Assembly (NCBI GenBank): GCA_937625935.1
Contig: OW569359.1
Coordinates: forward strand, 1 to 64,000
Length of the DNA stretch: 64,000 bases
DNA from: Tetramitus jugosus
Taxonomy: Eukaryota; Protista; Heterolobosea
Direction of reading: 5' to 3'
In this document: positions 44,301 to 55,600 of the stretch, piece by piece
Layout: each line of letters starts with the position of its first letter
Position numbering within the stretch: position 1 is the first letter of the stretch
Made by a program: the position numbers and the translations under genes
The notes under the pieces: generated by a model
The model's database searches: none
What the model was told of the DNA's origin: nothing
Seen by the model: only the letters and a program-made list of their open reading frames with translations

Positions 44301-47300
44301 TCGAACTCTATACCTTCCTTTACATTAACGGAGCCCTCTAATTTTAAAACCTTTTGAGCACTAATTAGTTTCGGAACTAGCGTTAAGATCGAAGTCACGA
44401 GTGTATTTTCCTTCTGTTTTGTGACCTCAATGACAGTAAAAGTCTTTGAGCTCATGTATGATGCAGATACTGATGGACGATATGTAAGAGAGACAGTATA
44501 GTTAGTGGGGATATTCTCCTGGAAGGTAACAACCTGTTGATTACTCGGAGCAAAATTAATGCACTTATCACATGACCAAGTGTAGATCCCTACAGTGTTG
44601 TTCAAACGAGGAGTGCTATAGGACCCATCCAATTGTAGAGGATAATTTTGAGGGATTCTCTTATCACCACCATAAATGAGAGCATTAGATGGTTGAGGGA
44701 CGACATTCACTGTCGCATTCTTTGAAAATATCATATTCTCGAACATGACATTGATAGGAAGGATTAGAGTTCCAAGATCATCAACTAATACCGAATAATA
44801 CATGTCTGTCGATAAAGCAGAGGATAAGAATGGCTTCCTTGTTCCAATTGCCCATTGCTTCATAACTGAAGCTACACAAGGAGAAACATTCTCAATAGAA
44901 ACTCGAAATCCAATCGTTCCCACGTCGTTGTACACTGTGAGTACCGAAGGACTGACCGATACAATATTCATATCCACAGTTGGATGACTTCTCTTAAATT
45001 GGTACGTGCTGTTAACGTTTGGAAATATGTTAATTGATACAGTCACTGTGTAGGTCATTGTAATATTCATGAAAGAAGAAGGTATAGACACTCTTTTGGA
45101 ATCCGGAGTGACAAATTGCTGAAAGTCAGGATTGCTAAATGTCCAAATAATCGTATAGTTGTCTGATGGATATCTGACTTCTGCTTGCACATCAAAGGAA
45201 TCGCAGAATGCGGGATTTAGATTTCCTTTGAGAGTGATCTGTGGTTTACACTCAAAATCCAAATTACTTAACCCAATTTCCATTGTTGTTTTCGCTAATA
45301 GTTCTACACTACCCCAGAACATTCCTGACTTGTACAGACCATTCAGATTAACTTCGTCACTCACAGTGTGCCACCACCCTCCTGCTCCAGAGTTTCCTAC
45401 TGTGAATAGAGATCCATTATGAATACTGAACTCATCACTCATGTCCATCGAAGAGAATCCACCGAGAACGAGAGATGAGTCCGATTCAATGTTGAAACGA
45501 TCGTAGACAGCTGTATAAGATCCCACATCATTCTCGATACTGACACGAAGATGTGTGCCAAGAGATGTTATGGATCTGATAGTGTCTAATCCAGCAAAGA
45601 ACTCTGCTTCCAAATTTCCAAATCCAGTAGTGTATTCGACCAATGTTCGATCAAAGGATGTAGATCCATCGATTCTTCTCTGAATAACAACTTGTCCATT
45701 TTCATCCATGTTACAATAAACAATGATTGGGGTGCATGCAGGGTTAATTCGATAGGTTCCGCTAGGAGCAGTCGACCAATATCGTTGAATACCAGCGCAA
45801 TCTCCAATTGAGAATAGCTTGTCAATACTAAAAAGATCGAACCACCTAAAGTTGGTCAAGCTACTATCAGAGGCTACAGGAGAATAAAGGATGCTAGCTC
45901 CCACAGTATTGCTTATGAGTCTGTCCACAGAAGCACAGTCCATCATATCTTGACCCCAATAATTATATTGAGCGTTGATCGTAACATTCAAGAAAGGTTT
46001 TAGCACGGATCCTTCTCCAACATTGAAAAACTTGTTTCTTTGGATTACTGAGTTGGATCGCACTGCTAATGCAGTCTGTGGGCCCTTCATAGCAAAGTTG
46101 ATGTAGAATGTATTATCAGTAAATCTTGTGTTGGGGCAACCATCTCTCAGCGTTATCAGGAAGGATTGTGTGGTATAATCTGTATAGAATACATTCCCTG
46201 ATATATCCATCAAAGAGCAATTGAATGAATAGGCATATAGAACGATATAGGACGTCTCGTATACAGTATTATTCATTATCTGAGTAATTCCGAATCCTTG
46301 GTTCGAAATTTTAAGTGCATGTGCTTGTGAACCTTTAGTCCTGTTGATAATATTGTTATTCACTGCGATTCTGTCTGATGGAATGGAAATGAAAACAGTC
46401 GAGCCACTTCGAATTGAATTATTCTCTACTATAACAAAATTATTCTTGACAGCCATGAAAGGGTTATTAATGAGGACACCACTTGCACTTGTGTCCATCG
46501 TATTATGAGTAATTGTAATCTCTGTAACTTGGATCTCACCAATACTAACCCCTACAAAACCAGTCATTGTATTGTACTGAATGATCACTGAAGGACAGCT
46601 TCCACTGACTACTGCTGCCCCATAATTTTGCGTAAAGTTTGAATAGCGGACGACTAATGGCTCAATACTATCAGAAGTAATGGCATGATTGAAACTTAGA
46701 GCAATTGTGGAGCGCCACACAGTTAATTTTCCCTCATTTCGTATGGCTGCTAGATCGCTATTTTTTGTTTTATCAGGATGCCTTCCAGCACTAATAATGC
46801 TGATATATGACAGGGCAAGGGAACTTCCACTATCAATGTAGAGTCCTCGATATCCAAGTGTCGTGTTTTTAGCTGTGAACACAATAGGATCAGCTTCTGT
46901 CCCTTCGAAGAGTGCAGTTGTTCCATTCGTGAGTGAGATTAAAGTCCCAGGATTCATCAAGAACGAACATCCCTTGGTTATATTCAATTGAAGGTTGTTC
47001 ACCGTAATACTTCTGGATACTGCATACTGAAAAGCAGATGTGAATTGAGTATTACTCGTGATATCAGCATCAAGTATCAGCAGAGGTTTGCGTGCAAGCG
47101 TATTGCTAAAGTAAAATCTGGCAACGTAGAGAGATTCTTGAGAAAGAGGAATGGGTTGCGATGACCAATAGGAGGTTCGTTTGTCGATGGAACCGGCAAC
47201 AAACAAATCACCATCCATTCCCAATGTCATTGAGACAGAAGGATAATTTCGAATCGGATACCCAAATCCCATGGCAGGCACAGCGAGAAGATTGGTGCTC

Positions 47301-48430
47301 CATCTCATCTGAACGACAAAAGCCTCAGCGGGAACGTCACCCAGAATAATCTTTCCTGTACCATCAGTCATATTTCCACCATGACCACCCAGTACAATCA
47401 AACAATCCGAGTCAGCCGGATGCACCATGATATCACTTGGATTGATATTGGTGGATGACAAGTTCATGTTTGCCACTAGATTCAAGCTCATTGTACTCAG
47501 CTTGAAAATTCGAACTTGTGAAGGACAGCGAGCAAGCACAATAATATTGCTTGGATCAGAATCAGCAATGACCTTTATACCCGTGCAAACCACATTTGAC
47601 TGTGATTCCAATATTCGAGCAGATTGAACAGATCCATCACTCGTTGATAATTTGGCAATGAACGAACTCGTTTCATTATAAGGTGAAGACAAGACTTGGG
47701 AACCAATCGTTATATTCGGTGGAATGCCTCCAGTCAAGAAGAGTGCATTGTCTTGCAGAGTAATCGACAAGAAATATCCACCGACATATGGATTACTGAA
47801 CGTCCATTGTTGTGCATCCAATAGCCACTTTAATTTTTTCACAATCATTGATTGTGAGTCTCTCGCAGCGACATAAATGCCATCATTAGGAACCAACAGG
47901 ATATCACTCACCGAACAGGATTGAGTCATTGAGATTACGTAGACGTACGGTGTGGTAAACTGAGGAGTCAATCGAGTCACAAAACACATGGTACCTTGAG
48001 ATCCAGCCACTATCAAATTTTCCCCATCTTGTTTCACAACGGAAATGACATCATTAGATAAAGAATTCACCAGAGAAATCAGTGGATACACCCAATTTCC
48101 ACTCTTGTCCATCCATGCCACAAAAGTGTCACTCGTGAGACCTGAGGTGTCTCGATTGAGCAATGTCGTGTTACCCAGTGTCAAATTCGAGCCATAATAG
48201 TAGCCTGCAACCACAATTTGTTCCTGATTGTTCATTGTGATGCTCTTGATGTAAGTGTTAGGCAGAGAACTCATTACCCAATCGAGTTGCAATGGTAGTA
48301 CAGGAGTAGTCGATGCAATTACATGTTGTTGTTCTTGTTGCAGTGACAATAGGAAAAGTAGACTCACAAGCAAAAATTGGAGGAGAAAAGGCAGGTTGTG
48401 AGTTGTTGATGCATGTGGTGAAAATTGCAT
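41390..48430 (-). CDS. Adhesion-GPCR/polycystin-like receptor: signal peptide, beta-propeller, beta-helix, fibrinogen C-terminal domain, REJ, GAIN/GPS, 7TM, RGS
   Basis: 2346-aa ORF; VIQRRIDGSTSFDR...YTTGFGNLEAEFFAGL; CFYWD...WQTVGC...CHCTHTTSF; seven hydrophobic segments; YCKKEFALENLLLW...EVNIS. Confidence 0.9.
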   Translation of the reverse strand: MQFSPHASTTHNLPFLLQFLLVSLLFLLSLQQEQQHVIASTTPVLPLQLDWVMSSLPNTYIKSITMNNQEQIVVAGYYYGSNLTLGNTTLLNRDTSGLTSDTFVAWMDKSGNWVYPLISLVNSLSNDVISVVKQDGENLIVAGSQGTMCFVTRLTPQFTTPYVYVISMTQSCSVSDILLVPNDGIYVAARDSQSMIVKKLKWLLDAQQWTFSNPYVGGYFLSITLQDNALFLTGGIPPNITIGSQVLSSPYNETSSFIAKLSTSDGSVQSARILESQSNVVCTGIKVIADSDPSNIIVLARCPSQVRIFKLSTMSLNLVANMNLSSTNINPSDIMVHPADSDCLIVLGGHGGNMTDGTGKIILGDVPAEAFVVQMRWSTNLLAVPAMGFGYPIRNYPSVSMTLGMDGDLFVAGSIDKRTSYWSSQPIPLSQESLYVARFYFSNTLARKPLLILDADITSNTQFTSAFQYAVSRSITVNNLQLNITKGCSFLMNPGTLISLTNGTTALFEGTEADPIVFTAKNTTLGYRGLYIDSGSSLALSYISIISAGRHPDKTKNSDLAAIRNEGKLTVWRSTIALSFNHAITSDSIEPLVVRYSNFTQNYGAAVVSGSCPSVIIQYNTMTGFVGVSIGEIQVTEITITHNTMDTSASGVLINNPFMAVKNNFVIVENNSIRSGSTVFISIPSDRIAVNNNIINRTKGSQAHALKISNQGFGITQIMNNTVYETSYIVLYAYSFNCSLMDISGNVFYTDYTTQSFLITLRDGCPNTRFTDNTFYINFAMKGPQTALAVRSNSVIQRNKFFNVGEGSVLKPFLNVTINAQYNYWGQDMMDCASVDRLISNTVGASILYSPVASDSSLTNFRWFDLFSIDKLFSIGDCAGIQRYWSTAPSGTYRINPACTPIIVYCNMDENGQVVIQRRIDGSTSFDRTLVEYTTGFGNLEAEFFAGLDTIRSITSLGTHLRVSIENDVGSYTAVYDRFNIESDSSLVLGGFSSMDMSDEFSIHNGSLFTVGNSGAGGWWHTVSDEVNLNGLYKSGMFWGSVELLAKTTMEIGLSNLDFECKPQITLKGNLNPAFCDSFDVQAEVRYPSDNYTIIWTFSNPDFQQFVTPDSKRVSIPSSFMNITMTYTVTVSINIFPNVNSTYQFKRSHPTVDMNIVSVSPSVLTVYNDVGTIGFRVSIENVSPCVASVMKQWAIGTRKPFLSSALSTDMYYSVLVDDLGTLILPINVMFENMIFSKNATVNVVPQPSNALIYGGDKRIPQNYPLQLDGSYSTPRLNNTVGIYTWSCDKCINFAPSNQQVVTFQENIPTNYTVSLTYRPSVSASYMSSKTFTVIEVTKQKENTLVTSILTLVPKLISAQKVLKLEGSVNVKEGIEFEWIIRNDDTGGSLSNGWRPQLYPLIIDRGQLYPSTRYTLTLRTRYFNSTEISFAYVSTITDQAPVLHNMTINPSSGIELETQFTISVESHNASRFSFYYMNELQDMIPLKLYSDSSYLSTVLPHGYTKDNRLRVVCASESFLGTVSYINTTVLVTISPQVDLDSMVSNLTSGSANKELLLNLLSDAIHQGASNSTSANQTARISTIVEQVLDFLTDDISNEISQIQSLTKGSIESKVTIIETLTRNPSVLRSKSANTALQSIQVIMDSILSQNSQDLDLSNSNMDKIASSISNIYVSNKIHMNSSESTLGPITKLRRIIASNLIASENGTTISTEAFDVVVKLDYADRFANSTFSSSKSNVFLPQGVSSQLNNSSVYTMEFISFGEMNPYTWSNSSSNITSSVISFKLIINEEKVPLKNMKEPIEIILQKMRNASNDQQQSTDYSTACFYWDDRSNETWQTVGCSLFSEDDSTITCHCTHTTSFSAMVIYDPKHPSKYSEGLYITWIAVHSVFALTCICLIILSFLWRGEQPIRSRFLSPYLGLLSITLESILNGIIRNSLLISSPTVNKYYSINAIAYVIMTLVNPIVLTAMFIYFWQMMRYIFMKNLYAIMGIEKRNSAKLLILKVLASKRVYIGVALTIYCLSCAYFVVLSIIEATVMKANTASTFNALSFASMSYAIAILIVCAFVWDMVVMLLRKMSLGKKIIPENGDEPPHPIVSALMSHFTRNDPLLFRTESIFMTGAMILMLISYSIGIGDRFDPHAKPNSPAKIIEFIFDVCYFALRIVAFGGYILFVHAIHRFKYGDQRKKYVELKQSMKNEDSKTSQMETELLMMLRDDFGYSAFYSYCKKEFALENLLLWKRLEKLRSDNVVTEDSHRKHELKILLDLFISRTAEYEVNISSKCKKGFTELMMREVITAQDAERVLLSLFNETMLNICDTFTRYSSTPQYQQYQQANIMSRKLENVYN

Positions 48431-48861
48431 GGGTAGTTAGTTGAGGCTGAGGATTGTTGGTTGGTTGGTAGTTGGTTGTTTTTCTCCTGAAAGAGATTCA
48501 AATCTTACACCTCGGTGTGTGAAGTGACTGCTTAAAGCAAACCACGCTTCCAAAAGTTCTGTAGGGAGGGGATGACAGAGCGTCAAACGTCGAGGTCAGG
48601 CAGCATTGTTTTTTTCCGAGAGCGACGGGACGTGTCGTGTTGAGACGTGCGACGGAAGGTCACAATTTCCAAACTGCAAGAACATACCTAGAATGTCGTT
48701 GGGTGACACGCGGATGCTTTCCTCTTCTTGACAGGAGTCGGTCATCTCCTAAAAATTCCAGTGGCTAGTTGGAAGTGTATTTATGGTCAGATTTTTCTTG
48801 AAGGATCATAAGAGCACCACGATAGAAATTTCGCATACAACGTCGGATTGCACGAACAAAA

Positions 48862-49068
48862 ATGTCAGATCAAGAACAATCACATCGAACACAAGAGAAG
48901 AACCTTCCAAAGGTATTACCTGTTCATGTCCATAGAGACGATCCGAGTCGCTTACCGCCCAATCTTGTACAATTGGAAGTGCACAAGGAGATTATTCCAG
49001 AAGAGAATGAAGAGGTGGCAAATAATGTGGAAGGTTTCGAGAAGGATCACTGGAAAGTCATCCACTGA
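48862..49068 (+). CDS. Possible small hydrophilic protein
   Basis: ATG in aaaaATG context; 68 aa; AATAAA just after the stop. Confidence 0.35.
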   Translation: MSDQEQSHRTQEKNLPKVLPVHVHRDDPSRLPPNLVQLEVHKEIIPEENEEVANNVEGFEKDHWKVIH

Positions 49069-49432
49069 CAACCGGCAAATAAAATAGATCACCCATCATC
49101 CCTCACTTGTTCGCGCCAATTTTCTCCTGCTGACTTTTACATCTCATCTTCCATGCTGATACAGCTCAATCAATTAATTCAATCTGCTCATGATGGATGG
49201 GCTACTAACCAAAATCCAATAATTAGTTCCATTCTAATATTGTCAACGAGAATATAGTTCAGTAAGTCATCATCGAAGACTTTTCTGTCACACATGGTTA
49301 TTTTTTCCACTGAGCTTGGCGCAATGTCATCTTGTAAATTGAGGGAAGCTCTTGGATAAAAGAAGAAGAATTTACAACAACAAGTCACACAATCACCTCA
49401 CACAAAAGAGAGCTCTTTTAATTTTGGTTTCT

Positions 49433-49612
49433 TCAACATTTACAGTCTGGACCACACTTGCAGTTGCTTCCACACTTGCAATTTGTCTTGGAGCAAGAAG
49501 CATCAACAGAGCTAGTGGTTGTTTCTTGTTGGTGTGGGACGTTATTGTTGCTCTTGGTACAGGCACAGTTTTCTCCGCAGTTGCAAACACCAGTATTTTG
49601 ACAGTCACACAT
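49433..49612 (-). CDS. Metallothionein (59 aa, 13 Cys)
   Basis: Manual translation MCDCQNTGVCNCGENCACTKSNNNVPHQQETTTSSVDASCSKTNCKCGSNCKCGPDCKC*; six CxC motifs, no aromatic residues. Confidence 0.9.
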   Translation of the reverse strand: MCDCQNTGVCNCGENCACTKSNNNVPHQQETTTSSVDASCSKTNCKCGSNCKCGPDCKC

Positions 49613-49690
49613 CTCTTTATTCTTTGTTATCTTGTTGTTTTTGTTGTTATTGGTTCAATGTTCAACGAACTTTTTTATTTTCTGCGACAT

Positions 49691-52600
49691 TTACAAATCA
49701 CCGTCGTTTTCTCCCGATAGCTCAAAGCTTGTCACGAGTTGAGAGATGATTTGAGCAAGGGTCTCGACTCGCTCAGCTCCAATTGAGCCTTGTCGGCGAT
49801 ACATTTCTACCAGGCTGACAATAAATTTCTTTTCTTGTTCCAAGCGTTCAATACGTTGCTTCTCGGTTTCTTCCAGTGTTTTAACAGTGATGCCTCGAGG
49901 AGTTCGAGGTGGTGCACCAGTGCGATGTTCTGAGCTTGTAGAATTACTGTTGTTCGTTAGCCTCAGAGAAGCACTTGTCAGTATTTGGGTGTGCAGGTCA
50001 TTCAGGATATTGTTAACATTTGCATGTTCTTTCAATAGTTTGTCCAGTAAACGGTTCAAATCCTTCTTGAAGTCAGTGTAGTTGCTCTTTGCACCCGATG
50101 ACAATTGTTGTTCAGTTTCTAATCGTTTCTTGACACGTGTATGCTGACTCTGTGCAAGTGCTAGCTGATGACCCATTTGTACAGTCTCAAATGTCTTATC
50201 CTCAAGTTGATGTTGAACTTGAGAGAGCTGATATGTCAAGTCTTCATTCTTCTGTGCAAAATCTTCCTTTTCCTTCTCTAGTGTTTGTATGGCTTGCTTC
50301 AGTGACTGAATATCGGAGCTTGATACGTGTGAATGTTGATCAATCTTTGCTTGTAATTCATCATTCTTCAGCGTTAGTGTCTGTATTGTTCGATTGTAAT
50401 CTTCAAGTTCATCATTTAGCTTCTCAACCATGGACATGGAATCATTGTTCATGTTTTCAAGAACCTCAATTCTTTGTTTCTGGTTGTGTATCTCCTCTTG
50501 ATTCACGATCAATTGTTGTTCGAGAGTGTGCCTCGTCGTGTCATGAGTTACAATCTGATTAAACAGATCCAATTCTAATTGATTCGCCTGCTCTTGAATA
50601 CTAGATAGTTGATTAGATTGTGATTCATTTTGTTCTGTGAGTAGCATGTTCAGCTCTTCTAGAGTTTCGTTGCTTTTCACGAGATTATCAATCTCAGAGC
50701 GTTGTTTTGTGACCTGTTCCAACAATTCATCTCTCATTGCTGTGACTTCACTCAACAATTGACTTTCTTTCTCTATCTTCTGAGCTAATGACGATAACTC
50801 TAACTGGGTAGAATCTTGCTGAGACTTTAGGGAGGTTATCTCTCTGTCCTTCTCGGCAATGTCATCGCTCAACTTCTGCATAAGGACTTCATGCTCGGTT
50901 TGACAAGCTGTCAGTTGGTGCTTCAGATCGGACAGGCGTGACTCCAGTTCAGATTTATCTAGGTCCGTAGATTCTGTCAGCGATTCATTCCAATGCCTGA
51001 GTTGTTCAATTTGTTGAATAGCGTCTTCCTTTTCTGCTTGCATTCGTTCATAGTTATTTTGCAGAGTTTCTTTTTCAATCAAAGATGATGAGATTTGATG
51101 TTCCAAGTTGTTGGACAGTTCGCCTATCTTGTCTCTCAAATCGGCTATCGTGGTGTTGAGTGCTTGTATTTCTGATGCACTTAACTCCTTCAATTGTTGA
51201 TATTCTTGAGTTAATGTCTCAAGTCTATTCGAAACTTCATCCTGGGATGACATAAGTTGATTGATCTTCAATTCAGCAGACTCAAAAAGACTCTTGAATT
51301 CATTCCGTTGATTTGTCAAATCATCTACCTGCTTGATGAGTTGCTGTACATTATTAGTGCTCTCTGAGTGTTGAGCATTCAAGGAGTTCAGATTGTTTTC
51401 AATGTTTGTCAACTCGTCCAATCTGTTTCTCAGTTGGACCATTTCTTGTTGATTTCCGGCTAATAGATCCACGAGGGCGCTTTCCTTTTCTTTGGAAGAT
51501 TCTAGAGTATCGGATAGCTCCTTATCATGATTCTGTTTCAGTAATTCCATTTCTTGTCTTATGTTGTCTTCCTTTTCTGCTTGCAGTCGTTCATAGTTAT
51601 TTTGCAGAGTTTCTTTTTCAATCAAAGATGATGAGATTTGATGTTCCAAGTTGTTGGACAGTGTGTCAATCTTGTTATTCAGATCGGATATGGTATTGTT
51701 GAGTGCTTGTATTTCTGATGCACTCAATTCCTTAAATTGTTGATCCTCTTCAGTTAAAGTCTCAAGTCTATTCGAAGTTTCGTCCAGCGATGAGACAAGT
51801 TGATTGATCTTCAATTCAGCAGACTCAAAAAGACTCTTGAATTCATTCCGTTGATTTGTCAAATCATCTACCTGCTTGATGAGTTGCTGTACATTATTAG
51901 TGCTCTCTGCATTCAAGGAGTTCAGATTGTTTTCAATGTTTGTCAACTCGTCCAATCTGTTTCTCAGTTTGATCACTTCTTGCTGATATTCTGCTAATTC
52001 ATCCATGAGAGTGCTTTCCTTTTGCTTGGAGGACTCTAGAATTTCAGATACCTCCTTATCATAAGTAGTCTTCACTAATTCCGTCTCCTGCTTTATGTTT
52101 TGCAAATCCTCCAAGTTCTCCTCTTTTTCCTTACGAAGCATCTCTATCTGTTCAGATAACGAGGAACATTGCTTATTGAGTTGTTCGTTCAAATTTTCAT
52201 TGTTGGATAACTCAGTTCGTAGTGATTCAATTCGTGCAGATTTTTCTTCATCCTCCGAAATTGCTGTGCCAATGTCTGATTTAAGTTGCTCCAAATGTGT
52301 ACTAAGAGTGCTATACTCTATCGATTTGGCTTCTAACTGATCTGCTTGTGTCCTGATCGTGTCTTGAAGAGAGACGATCTTCTTTGTCAAGATTTGCTCC
52401 TTGTTAGTGAATTGCAGAGTATGCTCCTGAGTTGAGTTCTTCAATTGAGATAATTCTGCAGACAAAGTATCGTACAATTGTTGGCTCGTACTGAGTTGGG
52501 CTGAAAGATTCATAATCTGAGTTTTGTAATCTTCGATAACAGTGTTTGTATCATCTGAAATCGTTTTGTGCTCATTCAACAAGACTTGAATTTGTTTCTC

Positions 52601-55600
52601 TAAGCTACTCCTTGTGTGTGATAAATGGTTGCGAACCTCATCTAATTCTAAGCTCAGAGATGATACCTTGTCTCTTTCAATTGATAGATCATCTTTGCAT
52701 TGATTCAATGCTTCCTCCATTGAATTCACTTTACTATTGTGCTCCGATTGAAGATTAAGAATCTGATTATCAACATTAAGCTTCATTTCATTCACAACAC
52801 GAGCATGTTCAGTCTCTAATTGCTCGATAGCTCTCTGGAGATCATCATTTTTCGCCTGTAGTAGAGCGTTATGTTCAGTTAGAGTTGAGCAGTTTTGTGT
52901 CGAGCTATCAAGATTCAATTCCAATTCGGTGCAGCTCTTTGTTAATTCATTGTAATCATTCTGGAGTTGTGTTAGGGAAGAGAGTGTTTCGCTAGATCCT
53001 TTTTCTAAAAGAATTTGTTGATTCTCGTTCGATTGTTTCAGCTCTTCGATCTGTTGACTTCCTTTCTCAAGAGCAATCTGTGCCTCAGTTAATTCTGAGA
53101 CTAGAGTTTTCACTCTCTCATCTAGCTCGGCACACTTGCCAGTTAAAGAAAGGTTGGTGGTCTCTACTAACTCTAACATTTCTATCTTTTTCTGAAGCTC
53201 CTGCACCTTATTTTCGTTTTTCTCACAGACTTCCTTGTGCTCTTCGGTAATTTGATTAATTTGTTCGATAAGCTGAGCAGTTTCATCTCGATTTTGTTTG
53301 AGTAGTTCTTCCAAAGATGATTTGGCCGATATTGTTTGGTTGAGTTCTTCTGTGGTCTCCTGCTTCTCTTTGAGCATTGCGCTTGTTTGAATGACAAGTT
53401 CCTTATTCAACGGTTCTAACATTGCCACTTGCTCACTCAATGCAACACATTCACTTTTCAGTTTTTCGTTGTCAAGTTTGGAATTGGTCAGAGCCAGAGT
53501 GGAGTCCTCAATTTTCTTTTCAAGATCCTCCAAGGTTTGTTGAAGTACCTTCTTTTCATTTTCGTGTTGAACGTTCAACTGTTCGACTTGTTCGCTGCTC
53601 TGTTCTAACATTTGCAACAAGGATTCTTTCTCTTCAATCATATTCTTGAGTTCATGATTTGACAACTCAAGCGACTTCAGCGCTTCCTCCTGTTCGGCAA
53701 TGGTAGAATTCAGATTCGAAATTTGACAGTCCTTTTCTGTCATCAAGTCTTCTGCAGTCTTTTTCTCCCGTGCATACTCGATAATTCGTTCTTCTGTGGA
53801 TGATAGCTGTTGCAATGCTAGATCAAGCTTCAATTGCAAAGCAGATAATTGAGATTCACAGTCATTCTTCACTTGCAAAATCTCTAATGCCTGCTTTTCC
53901 TCTAAATCTTTCAAATCTTTGATATGCCTCTTCTCGATGTCAATCTTATCCTGCGAAAGTTCAGAAGCTTGAGCTGTTTTTTTGGAGAACTCTTCAGTTA
54001 ATTGTGCTTGGTGAAGCGTTAAATCCTCGAACTGTAGATGAAGTGCTTGTTTCTCTTTGGTCAGTTTCGCCACTTGTTCTTCAAGCTCTTTCATTAAAGC
54101 AGAATCTTGCGTCTTTCCCTCCAAGAGAGAATAGTACCTAGTTTCAACCTGTTGCAAGGTTTCTACTTGACTAGACAGTGTATTGTTAGTCTGTACAAGT
54201 TTCTCTTCAATCTCTTTATGCTCGAGAGTCAGTTTTTGAATATTCTCGTTATTTGAATTAGTCACACTATCCATGATGTGTTTGTGCTGTTTCTCCTGCT
54301 CCTCAATCTGCTCCTTACATTGGTCCTGCGTGTTTTTCATCCTCAAATGCAACTCTGTGATTTCAGTTTCCTTGTTTGCCAGAGAGGTGTCGAGCTCAGC
54401 ACTTAATGATTTGTTCTCGGAAACCAACCTTTCAATCGTCGATACGACTTCCGTGTGTTGAGCAGCAGCGTTTTTCAATTCACTCTGAATTTGATTCCTT
54501 TGGCTTGTCAACAACGAAATTTTCTCCTCTGATGCAACGACCAAGCGTTCGGATTCTTCAGCTTTGGTCAACCATTCTGCTTTCTCTTGTTGACACTTGG
54601 AAAGATCTTCAGTCAACCTGTTTCTGATGCGCTCTAAATCTTGATTGGACTCGCGCTCTTTGAGTAACTCTCTATTTAGATCCGACACTTGTTGCTCATA
54701 TGATTCTTTCGCTTCGCTCACTTGAAGACGAAGAGTCTCGAATGACTGCTCAACTTCGGAGCTTATCAACTCCAGTGACTGGTATTGCTCCGTTTTTTCA
54801 GCTAACAATGATCGAGTGGTAGCTAGAGCATCGCGTTCACAAGATAGAGATTTGTTCAGCTCATTGTTGTTCGCTTCTAACTGTTCCACTTGAGCAGACA
54901 AACCATTGACTTTCTCTTCAAGCGCAGCAATCGATGACACTTGTTCAGCATTGCTTTGAGAGAGACTCATATTCAAATTTCCATGTTGTTCAATTTCTCG
55001 TTTGTTAGAGTCGATTATGTCATTCAACTGACGAACGTTTTCCTCCATGTTCAGAATGGTTGATTCTAGAACAGCCTTGTGAGCAAATAGCTCCTTCATT
55101 TGCTCCTTATCCTGCGCATTCACTTCCACAAGTTGTCGATATTCTTGTTCAATCTCACGCAACTCACATAATTCATGTTTCATTCGATCGATATCTATTG
55201 AAAATAACTTATTTTGCTCCTCCAACTTCTTGTATCTCAACAACGTTGAAATCGTCTCTATTTCGTGCCTAGTATTGATAATGGATTGGATTGTAACAAC
55301 GTGATGAGCGTCTGGGGAAGCTTCGATCGAGCACACCATTGAGTGCATGCTTTGAAGTCGCATTATCATAGTACCATACGACTGTACATCATTGAAATGT
55401 ATGGCACGCATGACAATAGTTGACAAGCGACTCAATTGGTGCAAGTGAGAGCGAAATACTGACTGTAACTGAATGGATCTTGTTTGCGCTTGAGAAGAGG
55501 ATAGGACAGTAGCTACTTGCCCCCTTTCTTCCTTGATTGTCTGAAATGCATTGATGGCAAGAGCAACAATATTGGTAGCCTCAAGGTATTTGCCACTAGC

